Positions 24,701 through 34,819 of a DNA stretch of 64,000 nt are shown one piece after another. The DNA lies in NCBI GenBank assembly GCA_030390025.1, contig CM059431.1:116376001-116440000 (forward strand). Direction: 5' to 3'. The stretch is from Squalus acanthias (lineage: Eukaryota). The notes below the pieces were generated by a model. It saw nothing but the letters and a program-made list of their open reading frames with translations, did not search any database and was not told where the DNA came from. The position numbers and the translations under genes were made by a program. The first letter of the stretch is position 1, and each line of letters starts with the position of its first letter.

Positions 24701-26298
24701 AACACCCTGGATGAATAGACAACCGGCCTCAGCTTGCCGTGACGCTCTTGGAGCAGCACAGCGCTCAAGCTGTCTCCGCTGGCAGCTACCTCCAGGAAAA
24801 ACTCCTTCCCCCCATCTATGGCCCCTAAGGCTGGCGCGGTCTGCAGATCCCTTTTTAACTTCTCGAAGGCTGCTTGGCAGCCCTCGTCCCAAGACCACTC
24901 CACCCCCTTATGGAGGAGTCGGAGGAGCGGCGCTGCTGTGGCCGCATAGTCTTCGATAAAGTCCCTGCAGTAACCGGTCAGTCCCAAGAAGGACCTCACA
25001 CCCCTTATGTTGTTGGGAATCGGTAATTCTTGCACCGACTCCCTCCTCGCTTTGTCTATGGCTCTTTCCCCAGCGCGTATGGTCAGTCCCAGGAATTTTA
25101 CTTCCCGCTGACCGATACGTGCTTTCTTAGGATTTATTTTAAAACCCTTTCTCGCTAGCAGCTCCAATAACTCGTCCAGTAGTGGTCCATGCTCCTCCCT
25201 TGAGTCCGTAAATAGGAGCAAATCATCCACGTACTGCACTATCTGATTGGGCTGACTAAACTCCTTTAAACTTCCTGCCATACACTGATGGAAAATACTG
25301 GGGCTATTGTGGAAACCCTGTGGCAGGCAGTTCCATGTGTACTGTTGTCCTTTGAAAGTAAAGGCAAACTTGTACTGGTCCTCTCGCCTCAGCGGGATGG
25401 ACCAAAAACCGTTCGAGATATCCAGCACCGTGAACGTGGTCGCGGACGCTGGGATGCTCCCTATTAGGTCAGCAACTGCTGCTACCGTGGGCGCGCAGGC
25501 GGGAATGTTACTGTTAAGGACTCTGTAGTCCACCGTGGCTCTCCACGAATTATCCGGCTTCCTAACCGGCCATAATGGGGAGTTCACGTGTGTGGCTATC
25601 GGCCTCAACACGCCCTGCTGCACCAAGGAGGACATGGCTGTCTCCATATCGGGTTCTGCTTCTTTGGGGAAGTTATACTGCTTTTGGGGCCGGGTCATGG
25701 GGTCCCCATCTACGCTGACCTCAAACCCGATAACCCTCCCACAATCGTGCTTGTGGGTTGCAAACGCGTGCATATTATCTGACACGTACGTTTGCATGTC
25801 CGTTGGGACATCTGCGACCATAAGCCTGAGGTCGTAGCCTCCGGATGGCTGTATGGTACACAGGACCCCTGTTTCTTCCTCCCCCGGAATCACTACTACC
25901 TCGCCTTTTTCACCCTTAGCCCCCCAGAGACAGTGATTTCTGAGGTCCACGAGGATCCCGTGTCCCGATAGAAGATCAGACCCGAGAATACCTCTTCCAC
26001 CCCCCTCCTGCCATTCCATCAGTATACACTTCCACTTAAGGTGAAGTGCTCCCAAACGAATGGATAGCGGAAGGGAGAACGCGCCAGCCTGTTCTTTTCC
26101 TGTGAACCCCGCTAACGTGAATGGGACCCTGGTAGATAGCGGCGAGTCAAAAGGGCTATCTGTATGGATTATGGTGCAAGAAGCTCCCGTGTCCAACAAA
26201 TAACTACCCCTCTGTTTCTCTACCTCCATCTCCACCAAAGGTCGCTTCCACGCATCATAGCTAAGCGGACACAGGTAGACGGGCTGCGCGGGTTCTAG
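21778..26298 (-). CDS. pol: Pol polyprotein: protease, RT, degenerate RNase H, RNase H, integrase, C-terminal extension
   Basis: LLDTGA; LPQGF..YVDD; FLEVAAS (tether); YVDGS..AEL..SDS..KAH..GNQQAD; HHCC, DDE and GPY motifs. The frame is open from the gag stop onward. Confidence 0.95.
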   Translation of the reverse strand, partial: LEPAQPVYLCPLSYDAWKRPLVEMEVEKQRGSYLLDTGASCTIIHTDSPFDSPLSTRVPFTLAGFTGKEQAGAFSLPLSIRLGALHLKWKCILMEWQEGGGRGILGSDLLSGHGILVDLRNHCLWGAKGEKGEVVVIPGEEETGVLCTIQPSGGYDLRLMVADVPTDMQTYVSDNMHAFATHKHDCGRVIGFEVSVDGDPMTRPQKQYNFPKEAEPDMETAMSSLVQQGVLRPIATHVNSPLWPVRKPDNSWRATVDYRVLNSNIPACAPTVAAVADLIGSIPASATTFTVLDISNGFWSIPLRREDQYKFAFTFKGQQYTWNCLPQGFHNSPSIFHQCMAGSLKEFSQPNQIVQYVDDLLLFTDSREEHGPLLDELLELLARKGFKINPKKARIGQREVKFLGLTIRAGERAIDKARRESVQELPIPNNIRGVRSFLGLTGYCRDFIEDYAATAAPLLRLLHKGVEWSWDEGCQAAFEKLKRDLQTAPALGAIDGGKEFFLEVAASGDSLSAVLLQERHGKLRPVVYSSRVLTDVERSFSNCERHLLATHWAVKRSAIFTGLSPITLLTHHTPTKMLLDARIKDGTVSSVRIARWTLLLSQMDLKVKGLCEPRLAANLVYPGTTHRCSVEGVWDVNIGLRAGIHPTGREIYVDGSSTVSAGERLTGCGVYDPAANLALAIKLPSTMSAQQAELSAVVYVVTHPDIFPTPYTICSDSMFTCNSCTEYLAIWSRRGYTSADGRPLTVKPLLEKILAAAVGEEGEIFIHKVKAHSSTEPRGEGNQQADALAREGARNGIFWDPYGTRPIAAIQGRDGNPGNTRVALPLDLKTVQTQDPALKAVLKTIAEGRQVEGPYSTATLSVKEGMLFREEQWVVPQQHRREFLQLAHEGPGAGHPGPEVTWQRVEQAGWWPGLREQVREFCANCLVCAANNPDPQKRKVPMGHVRRVEGPWQSIQIDYIGPLPTTQGGYKYCLVLVDVFSKWVEAFPCRTATALGTAKILVREVFSRWGLPRFVESDQGSHFTGQVMQNTLMLLGIEGKWHVAHNPQSSGIVERMNRTLKEKLRKETRNSPQKWAEVLPLVLMGVRASQSKSTGYSPHEVMTGRLMRTPTHVLAPVLTEGQLQEISRDKFAQTLLERLKQVYEQAAGNMGRQHQGNRLLLEPRKTREWEVGDQVMVRNYARVGSLEPLYMGPYNIVDKASPMVYAVKVPRRTKWFHVNQCKLYKPGAQGKTTAVNPASGEAQPQVGPQGTQAGIAACIRGGDILEDHEAFLWGWESDEGEFRELESDEDSDEDEWFLGNGPILGIGRIRAADRDPHRVDTQAAGPEDRREELGEAGPAAVGAQGVTVRTPETEPPALNVPPSGEAEIASEGPPAGLSRAEPQTASPEVREAESAEAEPATVVEPQVVPMEVSEPGPSVTEPPPMATPRRSSREPQPRRMWSCPQTAPRRRLKVKATQIQPGPIAAATGGGRSEEGISAATGCGSSKGRVSALPPSGRARSSLLRI

Positions 26299-28106
26299 TC
26301 ATGGGGTATTATTAGACGGTCCTGCGGCACCTACGGGGCCGGTTGCGACCGCCACCTTTCCATGTGCACTCAATAAATTGCGCATGGCTCCTAACACTAC
26401 TTCGAGGTCGTCGGGAGGGGTGGGTGCATTAGCTTCCCTAGCCGGGACAGGCGCCTGGGCTCGGACCGCGGGATTTTTATCCTTGGAATCTTTCCAAGGG
26501 TTCCTGCAATGCTTGCGCCAGTGCCCTGTCTTCCCACACCCGTAACAAGCATTACTTGCCTGTGGGGCGCGATTACCCTCCTGATGCCACTCTCTTTGAT
26601 ACGGGGCTGCGGGTCGTACCTCATGTACTTTTCCCTTAAGGGGACGTGTTGCCATACCCCTTATATTGCGATATCCTAACGTGAGTCAATTCAAGACCGA
26701 CTCTTCCGTAATGTTGGGGTCATTGGGATCAAACCATGCTTTTGCCTGCTCTCTGACGGCTGGTAAACTGTTGGCTATTATGCACCTAAGCCAATGAGCT
26801 AAACCGGCGCCTTCCACATCTTCGCGCTCGGGCGCACCTAGACAACTGCGCTCATATACTGGCCACAGCCTGTCGGCAAAAACCTTCGGGGGTTCTCCCT
26901 CCATCTGCACTGTCTGTCCCACTCTAGCAAACGGACCTTCATCGTCCGCCCCCAACACTTCCAGGACCTCATTCTTTAATGCCTCATAAGTCTTGGTTCC
27001 CCTCTTGCTCTCGCCTGAGAGACACTGAAGGATTGTACTGCCTAACGAAAACAACAGCATTTTTGCTGTTTCCCCATCATCGCAGCCGTTAATGGCTGCG
27101 GTTTGCTCAACTTCTCTGAAATGTACGGAAGGGTCGTCTGCCTCGGTTAGCTTCCGTACGTGATTTATCATAACTCTCAGCTGATGTGAACTGTGAGGCA
27201 ACACAAGCTGTCCGAGGAGATCCCCTGGTTCTTCCCCACCGTTTCTGTTTGGGCCCCTTTTAATACCCGTTACTGGATACAACGGTCCCTTTTCCACTTC
27301 TTTCTCAATGGGCTCTTTCGTTTCTTCCATTGCTTCCTCCCTAACCCAGGTTTCCGAATAGCTGGTGGCGCAGAGGGCGCAGTGGCTACTACTTCCTCTG
27401 CTTTACTTGGTGGGGATTTCTTAAACTTCTCACTTACTAGCGGCTGGTGTGCTGACGGACTGATAAGGCACACCATGCCGTGCGCTTTGTTCACGGCCTT
27501 TTTGAGGTGCTCTATCTCTTTTTGGCAGGCGCTATGATCGGCTCCCTGAAACTCATCCTCAAGGGCCAACTTATATGCCGCCCTAACCCCCGTTAAGCTC
27601 TCTTCCTGAGTTCTTATCTGGGCAGCTTGGCGGGCACATCGTTCCTTTAACCTGCTCTCATTTAACTTTGCCTCAGTGACCTGACACTCGAGGTAATCTA
27701 TCCTTGTTTTATGGTGACTGGAGATTTCCTGGCGTTCTTGGTGCAACGCACTTAAATTCCTAATGAGCATTTCCCCTCCAGAAACCTTCTCATCCATTTC
27801 TCCCTCTAAATGACTGATTCGAGCTATTAGCGCTGTAATGGTCTGGTTTGAAATCTGAACCTGCCTTTTGTAACACATAAGCCAGACTGCTTTCTCGAGT
27901 GTCTTTTTATGTTCTTTACTATCTGTCCACCTTTCGGCTGCCTCTAGTGGACTTTTATCCGCTAACAATTCACTTATCCATTTCTTAGTTAGATTAACCT
28001 TTCCGAACACATAATCTGCTATCTTTTCCTGCATAACATTTCGTACAGTCACACCAAAGTCTAACACACTACCCTCTCGCTGCCAGTGTCCTGCCGCGGT
28101 CGCCAT
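26299..28106 (-). pseudogene. gag: Gag (coiled-coil N-terminus, capsid-like region, CCHC knuckle) with one frameshift near 27364 and one in-frame TGA at 26686
   Basis: Three consecutive ORFs between PBS and pol; CYGCGKTGHWRKHC zinc knuckle. Confidence 0.85.
28089..28105 (-). promoter_or_regulatory. Primer-binding site, tRNA-Ser-like
   Basis: TGGCGACCGCGGCAGGA, 5 nt after the LTR; resembles the complement of tRNA-Ser 3' ends (TGGCG.....GGCAGGA). Confidence 0.65.
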
Positions 28107-28110
28107 TTTC

Positions 28111-29746
28111 TGTAAGGGATTCTGACCCTGCGTGTCTCGCAGCCTGTGAGATTCACGCGGCTCTGTGCAGCCTGTATGTCAGTGCGGGTTTAGGCCTTGT
28201 TGCCTGTTCTGGTCTCCAGCCAGTCTGGGAGCACTAGACACACCTGTGAGTGGTTCGAAACACTCGCCCTTACGGTTCTAGACACTGGACTTAGATGCGA
28301 GAGCAGTAATGGAGATGAAACTCATGTAGACTCGGTTGAATGGTACGAAATGGAAAATCTTTATTGCATGATATTTAAGATTACGAAATACATGTCATAA
28401 GCACAGATTAATGACAGTACAATCTTACAAGCAGTTATATAGCTGATCCTAGGGAAACGAGGAACGAACGACACACCATAAATAGGGGCACACATTACAA
28501 GTATCCTTAATACTTAAACCCTCCCCTATCAATATCTGTCCTAGCTAGATTCGTAGGATTTCGAGACTCATGCTCACCACTCGTGATAACTCGGAGAAAT
28601 TCCGAATAGCTGATCGGATGTTTTTCACCGCAGCAACCACGTGTCGATCAGGAGGTCTCCTGGTCCCACTTGTTTACTTGCTTCTGCTCCGGCTAGCAGG
28701 CTGGACCGTCTGCTGTGATGAAGATCTGTGTTGGTTGGTTTAACAGGTACTTTCCGAATACAGCCCAGTCAATATCATCTTTGACGATCCGTTCTTGCAA
28801 GTTCAAAGAAGTCTTCCTGGCAAGGAAAACTTGGCTGTTCGACCTACAGGCACGGTCGGGATTTACTGACCGTGGCGATGAGTATGGTCTTCCTCTCTTC
28901 TCATCTCATCTCATCTCATCTCATCTCGGGCCTTTGGTTCCGATGCCAGTTACCAACATAGGTCTTCGTTACGCGACACGAGGTAGATCCGAACGGATCA
29001 GAAAATTCAACAGTCTTTTTCAAAGAGGCACCAGGCAAGCAGGAACAAGACTACGAGTCAAAAACACAGGAGCAGCCACGAGGTTACGAGTCGATCGGAT
29101 AAGAGAATAAGAGAAAGATGGACGGTTGGAGCTTGTAATTATAGTACAAAATCTTCCGTTTCCCGCCCAACCTTAATGTCCTTTCTTTTGTTTGAGTGTG
29201 GCGCTCAAATGTCTTGTATGGGTGATCTCCGTTCTTAATGGGTTTCGGGGCTACTCGTAACTGTCTGAGTACCTGTTAATATTTCTCCTATTGTTAAATC
29301 GGTCGGTGTTCTCCCTGGAGGGGTTTTGGGGCTTCCAAGTGTTTTGTATAACTACCTGCTAACGGCTCTCTCATCGTAGAGTCGTTGGGATTTTACATAT
29401 TAATGTCTTTTGGATGGGCCCTTGATTACTCGGTACAATAGCTTTCATTCGTACCTGGGAGACCGATTTCAGTATTTATGTGTATACTGCAAACCCATAA
29501 TGTCTCGTGTATTATCTTCACTGTGCTGAATCTTAATCGATCTTGCACAAATGTTTATTGGAACGCCATCTTGTCTGCCTGTCGAAAAGTCTAGAATGTT
29601 CTGTCACGAGGTGCGGCGGCCATTTTACAGGCTGCTTGTGTCCACTTTGAGAAACCTGACAGCATTCTGCTGAAATAAAAGCTGTTTGAACGAGACTCTG
29701 TGTTTTCTCCTTATTAATAAAATCGCGATATATTGCGAATTCTACA
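28111..29746 (-). repeat. 5' LTR (1636 bp)
   Basis: Direct repeat of 17049-18689, followed on the minus strand by the PBS. Confidence 0.97.
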
Positions 29747-29939
29747 GGGGCCTCTTCCTGTCTTTTTCTGTGGTCGACATTTTTGCACCACTCGTTCTGA
29801 GAGAGAGAGAGAGATTCGGAGAGAGAGAAAGAGAGACTTCTGCATTGACTCAACGCTTTGTGAGGTAGTTTTGCCTACTGATCCTAACTTCGCTGGTTCT
29901 TTAGTTGCTGTCCTTCATTACTTTGCTTGCAAAGAGAAT

Positions 29940-31099
29940 ATGGGGGCTGCACTGATTGGGGGCGTCATCCTGCTCCAGCTGAATCGGAGGATACAGAGAC
30001 GCAAAGAGAGAGTGGCAATGATGGCCAGACGGAGGAGGGCCAACAGGCGTATGTACAGGAGAGCTTACCCTCCCAGGGTATATCGTGAACAGCACTCCTA
30101 CATCCATATGTCTGAGGAGCTGTGTTTGCGAAGGCTGCGATTCAGCAAGGAGGTGGTCACTGAGCTCTGCCACCTGCTGCAGCCAGATCTGCAGCCTCAA
30201 CTGAGGTCCAGGACGTCTCTGTCGGTGGCAGTGAAGGTCACAGTGGCTCTCAACTTTTACGCTACTGGCTCATTTCAAGCTGCTGCTGGGGACCTCGCCA
30301 ATATTTCCCAGTTCGCGGTGCATTGCTGCATCCGGCAGGTCACAAATGCCCTCTTTAAAAGGAGACGAGAGTTCATCTCTTTCCCCATGACCCCAGACAA
30401 GCAGCGTGACCGCGCTCTGGGCTTTGCGAGGGTAGCGGGCTTCCCCATGGTGCAGGGAGCCATTGACTGCACGCATGTGGCTTTGCGTGCTCCGCATGAG
30501 AATGCCGAGGAATTCCGGAACAGAAAGGGGTTCCATTCCTTGAATGTTCAGTTGGTCTGTGACCACAGACAGCTGATACTCACTGTCAATGCCCACTATC
30601 CTGGCAGCTGCCACGATGCTTTTATCCTGCGCCAGACTACTGTGGCAGAACTTTTCGAGGCACCGCATCAGCCAGTTGGTTGGCTTCTCGGGGACAAGGG
30701 GTATGCATTGAGCACCTGGCTGATGACACCGCTCCGTACGCCCAACACCCCTGCTGAGCTGCGGTAAATGAGAGCCATCAAGCTACCAGGAACATAATTG
30801 AGCGCACAATTGGCGTGCTGAAGCAACGGTTCCGCTGTCTCGACCATTCTGGAGGAGCCCTGCAGTACTCGCCTGAGCAAGTATCCAACTTCGTAGTCGT
30901 GTGCTGCATGTTGCATAACATGGCAATCCTCAGGACCCAGCCAATGCCACCAGGCCTTGGAGCACCACCAGAGGAGGAGGAGGAAGAGGAGGAAGAGGAC
31001 GAGGAGGATGATCATCAGCAGCACCAAGGCGGGAGGGCGGCCCACAATGGTCAAACTGCAAGGGCCATCCGTCAACGGCTAATAGCAAGCCGCTTCTAG
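29940..31099 (+). pseudogene. Harbinger (HARBI1-like) DDE transposase with a 1-nt frameshift near 30766
   Basis: GAIDCTHV, NRKGFHSLNVQ, GSCHDA and GDKGY motifs. CGG TA(C) AAT GAG restores RYNESH..IER..LKQRF. Confidence 0.92.
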
Positions 31100-31392
31100 G
31101 GCCCCTGCCATTGCTAACAACATTAATGAACCCAGCACGCAACCCCTAAGCCGGCCAAGGCACAAATAATTCCAACCACCAACCATGTATATTTTGAATA
31201 CAGAAACTTATTTATTTTACAAACTCTGTGTGTGTCAATTCCTCATGACAAACTCACAGAAATAAAAAAAAAAAACAGTCAATAACATAACTGGTTCTCA
31301 CAACCTGGAGATAATGTCCAAAACACTAAACAAAAGTTGGACCATGAACCTCGACCTTTAATAAAAAAATGACCAGCATTTTGTCACACCTC

Positions 31393-33265
31393 CTACTTTT
31401 TGCCCTTCGAGGGTGATCTCCTTCCCTTGCGCACTTCCCCCCTTCTAACCCTACTGCTCCTCCGTAATGGGACCTCAGTGGCTGCAGCAAGGCTGGTGGA
31501 AGGCTGCTGCTCGTCAGACCCTGACACTGCAGATGCCCCTGAAGAACGGCCTCGACCAGTTCTGGGCCTGGAGGGCCCGGCTGCAGACTGCACCAACTCT
31601 GCATGGGCGGCAGCAGTCTGTCCTACAGGCGGTGGCAAGTGCAGTGGAGAAGTGACAGTGTTGGCAGCAGGAATGCTGTCATCGTGAGAGAGGACAGCAA
31701 CTCCCTGCTCGCCCGACACACTGGCACTCCCACGGGCAGCACTTCAGCATCCGGAGCAATCTGCTGGAGAACAGATTGCTGGCCTGCTGCGGCACGGTGA
31801 CAGCCCCGGGGACATGTGCACGAACCATCGAGGTTGGCAGCAGTCTGTGCTCGCGTGGCCTCAATCTGAGTCTGTATGAGAGCAGTCAGAGATGGGATCA
31901 CGGCAGCCAGTGACTGAATTGCAGCACTAAGCGTTAGTGTGGCATCCACCTGTGCTACAGCGAAGTGCTCCACACTCCTTGCCAGTGACTCAATGCATTC
32001 GGGCACCCTTCCCACTGCACCCATGAGCTCAGTGTGCATGCCCACCGCCTGGGTGTTCATTTCTGCGATCAGCCGCTCCTCCTCTGCGTCCATTGCAGTA
32101 GGAGTGTCTGGCATACTCTCCCTCTGGGGAGAAGGCCCCCGTTCTTCCCTACCCCCATGGCGTTGCTGCAGCCCGCTGGGTCCTGGAGCTTCACCCTCAT
32201 CAGACCCTTCCCCCCTGCTCCCCTCCAGGGAAGGCGGGTTCCCAGTGTGGGCATGGGCTTCCTCGGGAGAGGGTGGCACTGATGCTCCGGCTTCCTCTTC
32301 CTCCTCGGCTGCAGCATCACTCCCAGTGGCAGCTTCAGGGCCCGTCTCCTCAGCTGGTGAATCACCATCTGAAAGCAGGGAGGTACAAGAGTGGCTTTAG
32401 CGTGAGGACAGGGTGGCAGTAAGGGAGGAATAAGTGCAGCGAGTTAGCAAGTTGGATTGAAAGTGTCAAAGGCTGGTGTTGTGAGGGACAAGTGGAAGGA
32501 CAGAGGACAAAAAGGTGATGACCTTACCATTGCTGTCCAGAACGGGGTCGGCGTCTCCAGTGGCGACGGGACCGATCACCCGGCTTGCCACAATCCTGTG
32601 GACGCGCTCCTCAAGATCGCTGAGGGGTTGCAGCTGAGGCCGCCCTCCACCTGTCCGTTGCTGCTGTCTCCGATTATGCGCCAGCTTGGCCTGTAAGAAA
32701 AAGGACAGCATCTGAGTAAATATACAGCCATGGTCTTGCCTGATGTGCCTCCCATAGGTGAATAGCCCTTACTGTATACAGCCATGGTCTTGCCTGATGT
32801 GCCTCCCATAGGTGAATAGCCCTTACTGTATGCAGCCATGGTCTTGCCTGATGTGCCTCCCATAGGTGAATAGCCCTTACTGTATGCAAAGTGTGGAATG
32901 TGTGTGTGTGTTTCATGAAAGGGCCATAGGTGTTGGATGAGTGTTGTGCATTGGGGTTTTAAGACCCTCTGGCCATAGAGTGAGGTTGAGATGGAGGGAT
33001 GGAGAGGTATTGAGAAAAAGCCACTCACCCTGACGACCCGAGTGAGGTCGTTGAACTTTTTGCGGCATTGAGTATGGGTCCTGGGCAACATGCTCCTGGA
33101 GGAGACGCTCTGAGCCACCTCCTTCCACACTCTTCTGAACTCGCGTGGCAAAGGCCTCCTGCCACTCTCAGGGAAGAGCATACATCTTCTGCGCTCCACC
33201 GCGCCAACCAGAGCATCCAAGGCCCGCTCGGTGAAGCGATGAGCGCGTTCTCTCACCCTCTCCAT
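31393..33265 (-). pseudogene. Harbinger Myb/SANT-like DNA-binding gene, three exons (33265-33029, 32690-32528, 32368 to about 31393); probable late frameshift
   Basis: RAHRFT..L..W.EVA..RT..QCRKKFNDL motif. GT-AG junctions are phase-compatible and join into ORF 31623-32279. Confidence 0.8.
32724..32886. repeat. Tandem repeat, 3 x 54 bp, in intron 1 of the Myb gene
   Basis: CAGCCATGGTCTTGCCTGATGTGCCTCCCATAGGTGAATAGCCCTTACTGTAT repeated three times. Confidence 0.95.
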
Positions 33266-34149
33266 CCTTGGCAGCAAAATAGATTCACAGGTCTCTCCAG
33301 GCCGAGATTCAAGGCTGCAATGAGCAGGGTGTGGCTGGGGAGCAAGTTGGCCCCCCCCGCTTTAAGAAGTGGCCGGCGCCAGTGTGTCTGTGTTCCCTCG
33401 CTAACTGGCAGCAGCTGCGCTGCGCTCGCGCGCTGAGTTAGCGCCTCACTGCTCGGCCTTTGCGTCTTAAGACAGGTGTGCAGCGCCTGATTTAGCGCTC
33501 CACTCACCTCCCGGGGCGGTAAAAGTGAAGTTTCCAGTCAGTGCCGATAATTAGCGCCAGGCGCTAATATTTGCGTCCAGATGATATTTGCGCCCCAAAT
33601 GGGGCGCGACCTAATTTTTCCCCCTTGGACTATAACCTGGTGTTGTGTGACTTCTCACATGCTGCTTCAAGGAATTGACACTTGAGGATGTCCTCCAATA
33701 TCCTACCAAGTTAGCAATCTGGGGATCCGAGGAAGTTTGATTGGCAATGTCTTACAGCTGCATGGAATACTGTGTAGTCTTCAGACTCAGTATGTGTGCC
33801 CAGCCAATTTGCATTCCTCCATGCAAGAATAACAAATCAATCTGCAGCTGGGGAGACAGACCGCACATCATCTGTAACATATTCTATGTCTTGAATGTAG
33901 TGTATTTATCTGGACGCTAGATGGGGAATTGGGAGTTTTCTGTTAGAACAAACACCTTGCTGTCAGCATATAACTTGTAAGACTCTAGGGGGGAGAAATT
34001 CATTATAGCCCAGGAATGAAAAGTTTGAGATGTAGCGCCAGGCGCTAATGAATCACGCTGCACGCAAAATTGAGTCTCATCGCTCAAAGAAAGGATTGGA
34101 GCGCTAAATCAAGTGCTAATGGCCTAGCTCAGTGGCATTACACTCAAAG

Positions 34150-34635
34150 CGCCTCTCAGGCCGCCTGCCTTTTCTGCGGCCTGGAGGAGTCCGTTTTCCA
34201 TTTATATATGGAGTGTGAGAGGTTGCAGCCCCTCTTCCACTATTTGAAGGGGCTGCTCCTCGATTTTTGGCTGCACGTCAATCCCACGCTCCTGATCTTT
34301 GGTCACCCGGTGCAGGGGGGAGCGGGCAGATCAGGGGGGCCTCCTCATAGGACTGCTCCTGGGCCTGGCCAAAGTGGCCATCAACTGGTCCAGGCAGTGG
34401 GTGGTCGATGGGGTCGTTCGGCCCGACTGCCTGCCTCTCTTCTGTGGCCACGTTCGCGCCCGGGTGGCCCTGGAGATGGAGCACACGGTGTCCGCCGGCA
34501 CGCTTGAGGCCTTCCACGACCGGTGGGCGCCGCGGGGACTGGTGTGCATCATCACCCCTGGCAATGGAATTTTAATTGAATTCATTAAGGTTCTTTTAAT
34601 GTTTTAAGTTAAGTTACAGTATTATTATTGTTTTA
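34150..34635 (+). mobile_element. L1/Tx1-clade LINE ORF2 3' fragment
   Basis: CLFCGLEESVFHLYMEC C-terminal zinc-binding motif. Confidence 0.7.
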
Positions 34636-34819
34636 ACCAGAAGAGTAAACTCAAAGCGCTAACCAATATCAGGTGCAGTCTAATCGCAAGTCATCATTGC
34701 CACAGGCTCTTTCCAGTTCTTAAAGAGGAGGTTGATTTATGCTGCAGAACCTCATTCTCAGCATTGCTGCCTGTGAACCTGTGTCAGCAAGCAGGAGCCG
34801 GACGACTCAAGCAGGTGTC

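Larger units (their letters stand above)
17049..29746 (-). mobile_element. Full-length endogenous retrovirus-like provirus (lokiretrovirus-like): LTR-gag-pol-env-LTR
   Basis: Paired TG..CA LTRs, GGGG TSD, PBS, PPT, gag with CCHC, pol PR-RT-tether-RH-IN, and env with furin site and TM. Confidence 0.9.
16722..33624 (+). mobile_element. Autonomous-type PIF/Harbinger transposon (about 4.2 kb) carrying a 12.7-kb proviral insertion
   Basis: TIRs GGGGTAAAAATT / AATTTTTCCCCC with 3-bp TSD TTG (16719-21, 33625-27). Joining the flanks restores AAAACTGTTGGACTATAACC. Convergent transposase and Myb/SANT genes. Confidence 0.9.

Noticed and set aside
26686..26688. Second TGA in gag as programmed readthrough
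   Set aside because: The context is TGA-CTC within the capsid-like region; CGA-to-TGA decay is the simpler explanation.
28715..29110. Antisense ORF in the LTR as an accessory gene
   Set aside because: It starts at GTG, its length changes between the two LTRs through microsatellite slippage, and it has no recognisable motif.
29940..31099. Domesticated host HARBI1 gene
   Set aside because: It lies between TIRs with a TSD, is paired with a Myb gene, is frameshifted, and has several relatives nearby.
32724..32886. Regular repeats resembling a CRISPR array or a coding repeat
   Set aside because: Head-to-tail units with no spacers, located in an intron of a eukaryotic transposon gene.
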